This document shows, in pieces, positions 22,896-34,606 of a stretch of 64,000 bases of DNA. How positions within the stretch are numbered: position 1 is the first letter of the stretch; the number at the start of each line of letters is the position of its first letter. The DNA is from Eremomyces bilateralis CBS 781.70. Lineage: Eukaryota. The stretch lies in NCBI GenBank assembly GCA_010015585.1, contig ML975155.1; one strand, 5' to 3'. The notes under the pieces were generated by a model. That model was not told where the DNA came from. It searched no databases and worked only from the letters and a program-made list of their open reading frames with translations. The position numbers and the translations under genes were made by a program.

Positions 22896-24486
22896 TGTGA
22901 TTATGAGGACTCCAGCCAAGCGTACCAGCGAGGTAGAGATTTAATAAAGACTGGCGGATGGGATGCCACTGTGTGAGTTGTGAGTTGGTGATGGTGGATG
23001 AATGGTGGTCCTTAGGCGAGATGTTGCCGATTTGCGATGGTGTGGATTTTCGGAAACGAACTGTGTGATGATTCAGCGAGAATGTCACGTGCTGCTCCAC
23101 CAAAACAGCTAGTGCCCCCCAACTTTTCGTCCTTTGCCTGAAGGCCTGAGGCAGTGAAGAATCTGTTGAGCCCTCTTTGCTGCCTCAGGCATGAATCTCT
23201 ACGTCAAGTAAGCAATTCATCAGATTCCTGCTGCAGGTGTGCATCACTTTTAAATTCTACATGGAAGATCCCCTGCAATGCAAGAGGCTAAGATAATCAT
23301 GACAAAATCCGACTGTCCTGTTACTGTAATCATTTAGGTTTATCGCACGGTGACGCGGAGCTTCCTTCGTCCACCGATCGTCTCCGCGGGAGTACGGTCT
23401 GAGGGGGTAATCGACACAATATTAATACAGTCTCTCCTGTATCTACAGGATAAGAGGCATTCGCATTTCACAGACTATGGCACAGATCGGGGATTTTCCG
23501 AAAATCAATAATTAGGCTAAAATGGCAAAACTTCCGGTTCCATTGATGATGCTCGACGTTGAGGTGTCGTGGATCGCCAAGCATCGTGAGGGAGAGGGCA
23601 ATGGGGGATCCGAGACCACAAGCCACTGCTGGTCGGCTGCGGATAGCCCGACGGGTTGATCGGGTACTTGCATTTCATAGTCAATTGTAAAAAATGGTAA
23701 TCGACCTGGACTTGATTGTATCGATTCCCATCTCCGATCATGACGATGGGGGTGGGCGTGGGATGGATTTGGTTGAACGACTCGGTCTCCGGCATGAAAC
23801 CTCCCCGGAGATAGGATCTTCTGGAGCCAGACATTTAAAACATGGCCGATTCGGGAGCCCATTCGGGGTTTATAAATCTCCAGCCATGGCTGACTGATGC
23901 GTCCATTGCCATCCGAAGGAGGCGTCCCGCTAGTTAAGTCGACGCACCATCGCATTCATATTAAAGCAGAGGATATCGAGTCTTGAACCATCCAGCCTTT
24001 CGCATCCAAACTTGTGATCTCGCGTAAACTCAAACATAACTCCTCCCTCACGGCCATCTCCAGCCTACGACCGAACTCAGGGAACCGTAGAAACGTGGAA
24101 GAAGCGAAGGCGTCCGAAAGTCGGATTGTTGACCGCATCATCGGTCACAGCGTGCAATCTGCTCAGTGCGTTGAGGGGAACCCCACCATTCTTCCTGTCG
24201 TCACTCCCACGCCGCTAGGATTTCCCGCCATTTTGATATTGACTCGACCTCGCGCTGTCTGAGCTGTCCTCGAACTCTCTCTCCTCCCATTCTACCCAAA
24301 CTTTTCCTCAACTTCATCTTACCTGACGCTTCCGGTCTCAGTTGCGTCAGTCAAAGCTTATATATCGGACCTTCCGGCCACCCTCGCGAATATCCGGAAG
24401 AGAATTGATTAACCCATCGGAACAATCGGCGAATCGTCAGCGAATATCCAAGCTTGGGCCAAGGGTTCTTCTGCAACGCCGAAATC

Positions 24487-26440
24487 ATGTCGGACACAAT
24501 CTTGAGGTCGAACGAGGATGGGGAAGTAGTGTAAGATTCTTTTTCTACTTTCCATCCCTTCCGTTTGGTGAAGCCAATCCAGCGCTGAGCAGCTCACCCT
24601 CTGATTCTGTGGTATGGAGCACGGTGATGACGCTGATATGCCCGGGTATGCCGATAAGCAACAATTGGACCGTTGGCTGACGTAGATGGCTATAGCACGA
24701 TTGAGTTGAAGGAGAACACAGTCATTATTGTCCTGGGAGCCTCCGGTGACCTGGCGAAAAAGAAGACGGCAAGTCCCCAATCGCAACGCGAACTTTGGAC
24801 GACAGGCTAACAAGCAGCAGTTCCCAGCACTTTTCGGCCTTGTGAGTACCCAATGTTACGATTGCCGCCTTCGATTGACTGACTCCCCAGTTCCGCAACA
24901 ATTTCCTCCCCAAAGATGCCAAGATCGTCGGATATGCCAGAACAAAGATGGACAGGGCGGAGTTCCTGTCGAGGGCGAAGTCGTCCATCAAGACGCCCAC
25001 AAAAGACATTGAGGCCCAGTTAGCCAAGTTCTGCGAGTCCCTCTCGTACATCTCCGGGCAGTATGACCAGGACGATTCGTTCCAGACCCTCACCAAACAT
25101 CTTGAAGATCTCGAGAAGGGGCAGAAGGAGACCAACCGAATCTTCTACATGGCTTTACCGCCTAGCGTCTTCATCAGTGTCAGCGAGCATCTGAAGCGAA
25201 ACTGCTACCCTAAATCAGGAATTGCTCGGATCATTGTGCTTATTCTCTCCGTCGAAACGGGATTACTTGTTGCTGACGATTGTGCAGGTGGAGAAACCGT
25301 TCGGCAAGGACCTGGGCAGCTCAAGGGAGCTGCAGCGAGCCCTTGCTCCTAACTGGAAAGAAGAAGAGATCTTCCGGATTGACCATTATCTCGGCAAGGA
25401 GATGGTCAAGAATCTGCTGATTCTCCGATTCGGGAATTCATTCTTCGGAGCGACATGGAGCCGACACCACATCGACAATGTCCAGGTATGGTCCTTCAAT
25501 CTCGAGTCAGTAGGCCAGGCTAACGTAGAGCTCCATTAGATCACATTCAAGGAACCTTTTGGCACCGAAGGCCGCGGCGGCTACTTCGACGAATTCGGCA
25601 TTATCCGCGACGTCATGCAGAACCATCTCCTCCAGATCCTCACTCTCATCACCATGGAGCGCCCGATCAGCTTCAGCGCCGAAGATATTCGCGACGAGAA
25701 GGTCCGCGTGCTCCGCGCCATGCCCTCCATCGAGCCGAAGAACGTCATCATCGGCCAGTACGGCAAGAGCCTGGATGGCAGCAAGATGTCCTATAAGGAC
25801 GATGAAAGCGTGCCGAGGGACAGCCGTTGCGCGACATTCGCCGCCATGGTGGCGTACATCAAGAACGAGCGGTGGGATGGCGTGCCTTTCATCATGAAGG
25901 CTGGCAAGGCGCTCAACGAGCAGAAGACCGAAGTGCGGATTCAATTCCGCGACGTGACATCGGGCATCTTCAAGGATATCCCCCGCAACGAGCTAGTGAT
26001 CCGCGTGCAGCCCAACGAATCCGTCTACATCAAGATGAACTCTAAGCTGCCCGGTCTGAGCATGCAGACCGTCGTGACCGAGTTGGATCTCACCTATCGT
26101 CGACGATTCTCCGACCTCAAGATCCCGGAGGCGTATGAGAGTTTGATCTTGGACGCACTAAAGGGCGATCATTCCAACTTCGTTCGCGACGACGAGCTGG
26201 ACGCGAGCTGGAGGATCTTCTCCCCGCTTCTGCACTACCTGGACGATAACAAGGAGATCATCCCTATGGAGTACCCTTACGGTGAGCTTTTTCATGAACT
26301 GAACCTGAAACCGCTGCTGATGTTTTTTAGGCTCCCGAGGTCCCGCGGTCCTTGACGACTTCACGGCTTCCTATGGGTATGCGTTCTCGGATGCCTCCAA
26401 CTACCAGTGGCCTGTCACTGGGGGCAACGAGAAACTATAG
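24487..26440 (+). CDS. ZWF1: Glucose-6-phosphate 1-dehydrogenase, multi-exon including a GC-AG intron
   Basis: [51 protein letters not shown]; ends GNEKL*. Confidence 0.96.
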
Positions 26441-26797
26441 AGTCGAACCTTAATTGTTGAGATATATGCTTACCGCCGCGTGCAGTAGGGTCAAATACTT
26501 AAGTGGGCGGTTCAGAAAATCCTCTGAGGGAGGGATCGGGGCAATGAGTTTTGAGTTTCAAAAATCGCTAGGTTAATAGAACGAATGGAACACGAGGCGT
26601 TGTTAGTCCGAATGATGTACTTAACGGCAATTCATCATTTTGATTTCTAGTCGATCTAAGTAAGATGACCCGCCAGTACGACTTCCCGTCGCACCGCTGA
26701 ATTTCTCATGACTTTTGGGCATCATCCAATTCCTCCAGGTGCCCTGGCTGCTCATCGCCGGTCTACAGACCATCCCACAACATCCAACCATCCGCGA

Positions 26798-27570
26798 TCA
26801 ATATAACACCCCCTTCGTACTCGGCTCCTCCCCCTCCTTCTCCTTCACCCGACTTGTCGCCTGCCTCACCGCTACTGCCAACGCTTTAAATGCGCTCTCC
26901 GCCCGATGATGATCATTATCCCCCCGCAGGCAATCCACATGCAGCGTCACTCCCGCCGCCTGCGCGAAGCTCTCCAGCGCATGCGTCAGCATCTCGCAGC
27001 TCAGGTCCCCTAGCTTCTCCCGCTTCAGCCCTAAGCAGATCACCGCATACGGTCGGTTGGAGAGGTCGATGACTGCTCGGGAGAGGGCTTCGTCGAGTGG
27101 GGCGTAGCCTTGTCCGAAGCGGGCGAGGCCACCGGCGCCGGAAGGGCCGAGGGAGGATTTGAAGGCGGAACCAAGAGCAAGGAAGACGTCTTCGGTGGTG
27201 TGGTGGTCGTCAACTAGAGGGTTGGAGGTTAGTAGGTTGCCTTAAATCAATTGGGGTCGCGGGAAGAATGGTGGCGAAAGGAGAAATTCAGGACGGATCA
27301 CATACTGTAGAGATCGCCTCGACAGCGCACACGGAGACTCCAGCCGGCGTGTTTCGAGAGGCCGTGCAGCATGTGGTCGAGGAAGCCAATGCCGGTATCG
27401 ATGTCGATTTGCTGCATCGCCGACATCTGGTATGCGTGCCGCTTCTCGGATTCAGTGAAGCCATCGCTTTCCAACTCCCCGCCGTCCAGGCTCAGACACA
27501 CGTAAACCTGGGTCTCTTTCGTGTCGCGCTTGATGGTGGCAATCCGCCGGTCGCTTCTTGAGGGTGCCAT
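26798..27570 (-). CDS. HIS3: Imidazoleglycerol-phosphate dehydratase, 1 intron
   Basis: [50 protein letters not shown]. Confidence 0.96.
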
Positions 27571-28194
27571 GGTGTAGTTGGGGTTGGTTGGGGTCTTTGG
27601 GGTGAGAGATGCCTTTTGATAGATGCTTGCGGGACCAAATGTTGATGCTCTGTTTGGTTTGCCCGTGGAGATTCGGCCCGGTGATCTTTTACCGGGATTG
27701 GAACCTCCCCGACCATTATTACTTGCGATGATAGCCATCTACGATTTTGGTCCATTATTGAGAGCTCAAATTTTACTTTAGTGACACGGTCATTTCCATA
27801 TGAAGTAAACGGTGGGATTTATAAACATGACACGTTTGAAACGTCTTTATTGGAGTATTGGAGCGACATTCGATGGCGGTCTCATTCTGTGCATCGGGCT
27901 TGTCAAACTATCGGCCAGCCTTCCTTTCCGAAATTATACGCCTAGCACTTGATCGAATATTCCCTAGGATCTAGCATTGCTCAGATAGTCGAATAGGACT
28001 CATTTGGTGTCTTCCCTCGCCGTTGTGCAAGACTATTCAGCAAGCACCTCTGGTGCGAGCAATCTGTCTGTATATGGGGCTTATGGATCCAGATAAGAAC
28101 TGGATAATTCTGAAGTAAACCCGCTGGTCAAAGGTGCGTATCCCGAGTAACAGGGAGCAGAGCATTAGGCATTTGGTGACTGTTACATATTGGG

Positions 28195-28235
28195 GATGAT
28201 GAAAATCTGGATGATGAAAATCTGGATGATAAAAA
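28195..28235 (+). repeat. 15-bp tandem repeat x~3 in HIS3/RPC19 intergenic region
   Basis: gatgatgaaaatctg gatgatgaaaatctg gatgataaaaa. Confidence 0.8.
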
Positions 28236-28399
28236 TATTGAGAGGGCTATTGTCGGCTCGGCATGCCGAAAGTGCATTAGAATTTCGGGCTTCGGGCCGA
28301 GTATCACAAACTTCCTCATCGTCGCCATCGCCAGCCTTGAGCTAAATTCACCAGATGCTTCATCATCTCATACCGTAGCGATCCGCTAATTCCACGAAA

Positions 28400-29039
28400 A
28401 TGTCTGCCAGTGCGGAAGAGCCAAAAGATGTCGAGATGACGGACGCCCAAGCGACGGCGGGAGCGGCGCATGGCGAAAGTAGTGCGGTGGAAGATACAGA
28501 TGATGACTTTGTCGATCCAGATGCGGAGCCAAAGATCAATATGGTATTGTTTTCTCCTAATGACCCAAATCCATTGATTCATTCTGGTGCTAATTATGCT
28601 TAGCTTCCTGGCTCGACAGATACCGAAGCGTCGTTCCAGTTCGATAAGGAAGATCATACGTTAGGAAACGCTCTGAGATGGATCATCATGAAAAAGTCAG
28701 TTGAACCCCAAGCAGTCATATATCTACATGATTTTCGACCGCAGAATCATTGCTAACCTTTGATTCAGCCCCGAGGTCGAGTTCTGTGGCTACACCATTC
28801 CACATCCTGCCGAAGCGAAGATGAATTTTCGGATCCAGACATATGGTATGTCTACTCACGGGCTGCGAAACAATACCTTCGCCAATAGGACTTGACTTGT
28901 AACCAACTAACATTATCTAGATGGTGCCAATGTCCGAAAGGTGCTTGAGAAGGGCTTGAATGACCTGATGGACCTCTGTGATGTTGTCATCGACAAATTC
29001 ACTATTTCAAGGGATGAGTTCAATGATCAACAGGAATAG
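28400..29039 (+). CDS. RPC19: RNA polymerase I/III shared subunit AC19, 4 exons
   Basis: [36 protein letters not shown]...RIQTY...[12 protein letters not shown]. Confidence 0.93.
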
Positions 29040-29178
29040 AAAGTTCAGCATGATCCTCATGACAGGTTATTCAAGGGTAATCATTTTTTGCATTTCAAGG
29101 CGCCCTGGAATACCCGAAAAGTCCTTATAGCTAGGATATGACATGTATGTACAATGCTTGAAAGCTCCCAGCCACACC

Positions 29179-29905
29179 TCAGTTTCGTCCCTATGCAACG
29201 TGCGCGGTTAGTTCCATATACATCTCATATGATGGTCCAGGTGACTGGAATCGGGGCTGCTCACCTCTAAGAAGCCTTGCATGAAGTTGCTCGGCAGCTT
29301 CGCCGCGGTCTTGTCCTCTTCCGCCCGGAAATATTTCAACACATGTGTCAACTGCTTCCAGTAGTTCAATGTCTCCTGTGGTGCAATGAATGCATTAGCC
29401 AGGAACAAATGATTGCCAGCAGACCGGGGAGATTGGTCGTCCATGATATGATAGATCTTGGGATGGATTGTGACCCACCTGTAACTCTTGATGCGAATGT
29501 GTTATAAGTACGTCCACCGTCGGTAGCTGTGCGACATATCTATGCCTTTCGAATTCCTGGCGTATCTTCGTTCGAATTGCAGAGGTGGGCATGTTGAGCG
29601 AATACATGGTTTGGATCTCAGGTGCCTGCACGAGCTGTCAGCCTCTATTCCATTTCATGACATCGGAGAAGGAATGGGCCCCATCTCAAGCTATGAAAGC
29701 CCAAGACTGGACGAAGATATAGTTCGGAATAGCAATAGAGAAACACATACCGATCGCAACCAGTCGCGATAGGTCGTCAAGACCCTCCTCTTCGCATCAG
29801 TCCAATTGACCGCTATGTCGCTTGTTAGCATCAATTCGCGCACGCTGGAAAGTGTCTCCTACAGGACCGAGTCCTTTGGGCCAGGTATGTCGGGTTGATC
29901 ACCAT
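29179..29905 (-). CDS. NDUFA6: Complex I accessory LYR subunit NDUFA6 (14.8 kDa/B14), 5 exons
   Basis: MVINPTYLAQRTRS...YRDWLRSAPEIQTMYSL...RQEFERHRYV...ETLNYWKQLTHVLKYF...FLEGRN*. Confidence 0.92.
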
Positions 29906-30244
29906 CTTTGCAGGGCGTCTTGCATCGTATGTCCGGTGGTCTTGGGTTTGATGTCAAGTTGTTGAAGGTGAAGCTGCCGGGGCGGGATTCCCGGGATGCT
30001 GATTCAGGCACCAAGGCGACGATACTTGACTGAGGCGAAATGCGCGGGGCGAATTGTTGATGCCTGACAAACGACATCGTCAGATGTCCATACATCTTCA
30101 ACTGCCAAACACGTCCCCCCTCACAAGAGTACCGTACAGAACTGTATATTGCTGGACAGGAATATTTCTGCTCTTACTCTCGCTTCACAGATTATCTCGC
30201 TTCCTCTCTTCCTGTCCATATACCCACGCCCAGCGACCATCATA

Positions 30245-30748
30245 ATGCCTCCGATACGAAGCGCAAGAAATCGAAAGCCTCCTCCGGAAGGCTTCGAAGA
30301 TATCGAGGACACTCTGCTGGATTTTGCCAACAAGATGAAAGATGCGGAGAATGCTTCGCATGAGGGCAAGAAACGCCATGAAATGATATGGCCGATCTTC
30401 CAAATCACCCATCAACGTATGTACCACCCTTCCCAAGACCAACGAAGCATGCTAACTCTTCTCGTTGCTATAGGGTCACGATACATCTACGACCTCTATT
30501 ACACCAAAGAAGCCATCAGCAAGCAGCTATATGACTGGCTCTTGAAGAACAACTACGCCGACGCCAACCTCATCGCGAAATGGAAAAAGACCGGCTACGA
30601 GAAGCTCTGCTGCATCCGATGCATCCAAACGAAAGAGACCAACTTCAACAGCACCTGTATCTGCCGGGTACCCCACGATCAACTGCAGGAGAACCAAAGC
30701 ATACAATGTGTGAGCTGTGGATGTCGTGGCTGTGCGAGCAGTGATTGA
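30245..30748 (+). CDS. BUD31: Splicing factor Bud31/Cwf14 (G10), intron 30417-30473
   Basis: KPPPEGFEDIEDTL, WPIFQITHQRSRYIYDLYY, KWKKTGYEKLCCIRC, CVSCGCRGCASSD. Confidence 0.96.
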   Translation: MPPIRSARNRKPPPEGFEDIEDTLLDFANKMKDAENASHEGKKRHEMIWPIFQITHQRMYHPSQDQRSMLTLLVAIGSRYIYDLYYTKEAISKQLYDWLLKNNYADANLIAKWKKTGYEKLCCIRCIQTKETNFNSTCICRVPHDQLQENQSIQCVSCGCRGCASSD

Positions 30749-31617
30749 GAGGACGACATGGAGAGGTTCATTGGGAACGGATCTTTGAAAGAGAACGAAC
30801 ACTTCCGGCCCGGGTCTTCTTGTACGATGTTTTCCCCTCGGAAGCAGTCCAAGTGGGAGGAATGTAAACAAGGTCGGGGGAGAGAGATCTAACAGAGCCA
30901 CGAGGCCAGGCGAGGGAATGTCTAGCGCCGTAGAGACGGCCTGTCAGTCCGGCATAGATGAAGATAACGTTCGTTTTTCACAACCGGCTTCTAGTCGATG
31001 AGATACTGACGGCTTTAAGTTATTCGATGACAATCTGGGAGCTCTTCAAGTGGGAGAGAGCGAATGTTGAGCGGCGCATTCAGCAGATCGTGCGGAATTT
31101 GTAATTGCCACACAGCTTTAGATTTGTCTTCGAATTTTGGCCATGTCCGAGTGGAATTCGGATATCGAAGAGATCAATCAACCGTTTTACTAGTATCTCA
31201 TGTTCAAGTGTCTAGCATGACACGGCTTGCCTCAACAACGCAAACGCACTACCCACTGTCCTTCTATCCCATCTACTGGCAAATCACTGAAGCGTATCAC
31301 TGATGGCAGGTTCACATCCAAAGAACCATTTGTGTCCCCCGAAGTGGTTGGGGTTTTTATTAGTTTTTAGGTTTTTTGTAACTACGCCTAACTATCCCTG
31401 GAAGACCTAGCTGCACTGTCGGAAAAGCCACCCCAAATTGACCATCCTCTATAATTGTTGTTGCAATGCAGCCTCAATCATCCAGAAAAAAGAACACTAC
31501 TTTTCTGAATAGTGTTCATCCCACTCCCTTTGTCTGTTCGCACTTCGGTGTATAGTACAATGCTTTCTAAAACTGCTGTTTGTTGTGCCCGTTGGATCCG
31601 CAATTGGGAGTTAATAA

Positions 31618-31845
31618 AGAAACGCACACCGAACACCAAGGTGTCGCCTCATACCCTCAGCATGACATGATCGTCAAGTATGGCGCAAGGCCGAACGCAT
31701 GAGGTTTCAAAGTGAAAGTCGTTCCAGAACCTGTTATGAAAACCGCACCAAAGAACGCCAATAAGTTGCCTCATTTCCTCTGCACGACATGGTCGTTAAG
31801 TACGGCACAAAGCCAATACGCAAGAGGAAAATTAAAGCGAAAACC
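31618..31845 (+). repeat. Degenerate ~120-bp tandem duplication
   Basis: gcctcataccctcagcatgacatgatcgtcaagtatggcgcaaggcc vs gcctcatttcctctgcacgacatggtcgttaagtacggcacaaagcc. Confidence 0.65.
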
Positions 31846-31960
31846 GAGAAACCCCCATTTTTGTCTCAATCGTCGCATGATTTCGTCGTCCGATCGTCTC
31901 CTCGTCCGGTCGCCTCCTCATACATCATCACGGTTGAGCGAGCGAACTTGTACGTTGAGC

Positions 31961-34606
31961 TCAGGCAGAGTCTCCATTGCAGCCGGGGTTGTTGTGGTTG
32001 ACATCAATAGGTGCGATATGTCCGTTGGCCTCGCTAGCGCTAGGATTCGATTCCTTCTCACTGGCAGCCAGATCATGAGCGTCACGCAAAGGCGCAAGAG
32101 GAACATCGTAGATTGACAGCGGGTGTGGAGGATGGGATGTTCTCCACTCTGTGGGATAAATTCGAGAAATAGATTGCCCTGGTCTCTCTCCATTTGATGC
32201 ATATTCGAGATTCCTGTCCGCGTCCTGGACATTCCCTACTTGAGCAACGAGACTCAGGCGATGCCCTGCTGGCGCAGATTGAGAGTTAGCGTTTGAAGAA
32301 TCTTGAGCGGGTGGAATGCTGGTGGAAGATGAAAGACCCGGGTCGGAACCACAGTTAGAAGGCTCCAGCGGGAGATCAAGGCTTGAAAAGTCACGAAGCA
32401 AGAAGTCATCAGTAGACAAGCATTGATTAATTCTGGGGCCAAGCATAAGGGCCCGGCGATGGGGAAACCCTACGGGAGTGAAATCATCCGCTGTACAGCC
32501 AGCAGGACCCGGCCCATCCACGAGAAGTCGACGAAGCAAGGAGTCATCAGCAGACCACCATTGATTCATCCTAGGGCCAAGTGTAAGGGGCTGACGAAGA
32601 GAAACGCAAACGGGAGAGGAATCATCCTCTGTAAATCCAACAAGAGCTGGCTCATCCATTAGAAATCCAACGGGAGCTGGTTCATCCACTGGAAAGCCGA
32701 CAGGAACCGACTCGTCCGCAGGAAGTCCAACAGGCGCCGGATCATCCACTGCAATACCAATAGGAGTAGGGTCAGCAACTTGAAATCTAGAATGATTTAA
32801 GACTTCTTTGGCGGTACTCATAGCAGAGTTTCCACCAGGGGGTGTGGAAGGAGGATGAACGTTGTCAGGGGGAATTTTGTCCTCAACCAACTCGTTGAAT
32901 TGGGTCCCAATATGGTTATACCCCTCTCCACTAGGATGGGAAATGCTAAACCTTGGAGCACCATTCTGGGTGGGGTTGCACCTATTTGCTATGGCTAGGA
33001 ATTCACGCTCTAGTCCGATGTCCTCATATAAGTCGTATCCCCCATCGTAACCACCAAAAGGTAGATCTAGTGGTCCGTAGATTTCATCTTGAACCCCGTT
33101 GGTTAGGTCTTGGAGATCTGCGAAGGGGCCGAAATCGTTCCATGTGTTGGATTCCATGCCGCCAAAGCCACCGTTGCTATGGTCGAGGGGTTCTACAGTC
33201 GCAGAACAGGGTGATCTAAAGAGATCGCCAAACAGGTCTCCAAATGAATCGGAACCAAACGAATCGGAACCTAACATTCCAGGCGGTGTGTATGGATTGG
33301 AAGAGGGGCCAGAAGTTGCCATCACTGAAGGCATGGTGTCTTGAACGATATACCCAAAGTTTCCAGGATATTGAGTGGCTTGCTTGTCCGCGTGGCCGGT
33401 TTGCGCACCCTGGTGGATTGCGTGGCTCTCTCGGATGTTGTTAGCGAGGACATAGTCGGCGAAGGATGCAGAGTTGTTGTCAAGGCTGGCCAATTGCTCT
33501 GCTTCGTTTTCCTGGTCGGTGATTTGGGAAGTTCGAGAGGCTGAATCAATGGCCGCAGCACGTCGGGAGCGATCCGAAACCAAAGGTATGTATTCATCGG
33601 TAAAAGGCTTGTATTCCTTGATGGTGGGTGTAGCACCAGTGTCCGTCGGAAAAGGGTTGTAGGCAGGACTACTACCAGCATTCTCACTATTCCTATCACC
33701 AGGTTTGTTGTCGATAGAGTTGGTATGAGTGTCAAAAGTAGTTGTTGGAGTGCTGGAAGTGGTGGTAGGACTGTCGGCGGAAGAATTGGCAAGGTCACTG
33801 ATACGTGTCTTACACCTCTGATCCCTGTTGGCTGGCTGCGAGGAACTTTTCCTACGTATCTTGAAAGATGGAGTGTCAACCCGTGGCGAGAGTGGGGGAA
33901 CAGGTTCCCCGTCATCTCGCCGCCTTTTACGTCTCTTCTCAATCTGCTGCCTTATGGCCTCGCCACTAGGGCTGCTCATATTCCGCTTGTTCTTAGGGAC
34001 CCATTGACCGACAGCCTCCCAGGGCAACTGGATATTGGCTTTGTTGGATTCATGCACAAGTCCGATCAAAGTGCGCTCAATGAGATCCTTATCCCACCGA
34101 ATGATTTGGCGAGTATGAGGACGAGGTTTCTTGGTTTCTTTCTTACGGTGAGACCGGGGCGCCGCAACTTGGCTTATGGTACTGTCTGGCGCCTCATCAT
34201 CCGCAAACTGGGGGCTGCTATTGTCTCGAGGGTCGCTGTGATTGTCGTGTGCATCAGAGTTTCGGACATGTGACGCCGAGACACTTTGCGTGTGGGAATT
34301 GACCGTAACTAGAGTGTGATGAGAGGGAAGAATGGACTGCTGAGTAACATTGAGACTCTCATCGGCCCCATTCTGTCTGAGTGCTCCCATTGTAAGTGAC
34401 TGAGGAGTGGCATTTGCGGCTTGTGTGAGAGGACATTTCCGAGGACAACCACGACCTCGCTCCAGCACTGATGGCTCTGATGGGGGGCAGGTTGACGTCT
34501 TTCCAGGGTCGGATGGTGACTTCTGGGAGTCAGTCTCTGGATTAGAGCCTTCAAGCTTAGCTTCTATCATGTTGACAGAAAGCAAGTGCCGCAGCCACGC
34601 TGCCAC
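31961..34606 (-). CDS. Hypothetical largely disordered protein with Myb/SANT-like domain and internal repeats (start uncertain; first ATG 34570)
   Basis: 881-codon ORF; IIRWDKDLIERTLIGLVHE...LPWEAVGQWV...SGEAIRQQIEKRRK...GEPVPP; 10-aa repeats near C-terminus. Confidence 0.65.
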   Translation of the reverse strand: MAAWLRHLLSVNMIEAKLEGSNPETDSQKSPSDPGKTSTCPPSEPSVLERGRGCPRKCPLTQAANATPQSLTMGALRQNGADESLNVTQQSILPSHHTLVTVNSHTQSVSASHVRNSDAHDNHSDPRDNSSPQFADDEAPDSTISQVAAPRSHRKKETKKPRPHTRQIIRWDKDLIERTLIGLVHESNKANIQLPWEAVGQWVPKNKRNMSSPSGEAIRQQIEKRRKRRRDDGEPVPPLSPRVDTPSFKIRRKSSSQPANRDQRCKTRISDLANSSADSPTTTSSTPTTTFDTHTNSIDNKPGDRNSENAGSSPAYNPFPTDTGATPTIKEYKPFTDEYIPLVSDRSRRAAAIDSASRTSQITDQENEAEQLASLDNNSASFADYVLANNIRESHAIHQGAQTGHADKQATQYPGNFGYIVQDTMPSVMATSGPSSNPYTPPGMLGSDSFGSDSFGDLFGDLFRSPCSATVEPLDHSNGGFGGMESNTWNDFGPFADLQDLTNGVQDEIYGPLDLPFGGYDGGYDLYEDIGLEREFLAIANRCNPTQNGAPRFSISHPSGEGYNHIGTQFNELVEDKIPPDNVHPPSTPPGGNSAMSTAKEVLNHSRFQVADPTPIGIAVDDPAPVGLPADESVPVGFPVDEPAPVGFLMDEPALVGFTEDDSSPVCVSLRQPLTLGPRMNQWWSADDSLLRRLLVDGPGPAGCTADDFTPVGFPHRRALMLGPRINQCLSTDDFLLRDFSSLDLPLEPSNCGSDPGLSSSTSIPPAQDSSNANSQSAPAGHRLSLVAQVGNVQDADRNLEYASNGERPGQSISRIYPTEWRTSHPPHPLSIYDVPLAPLRDAHDLAASEKESNPSASEANGHIAPIDVNHNNPGCNGDSA

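Noticed and set aside
23512..24262. Short ORFs between RPL33 and ZWF1
   Set aside because: No recognisable motifs or coherent splice model; likely promoter or UTR.
27990..28005. Gcn4/CpcA site upstream of HIS3
   Set aside because: GGACTCA is only a partial match to TGACTCA.
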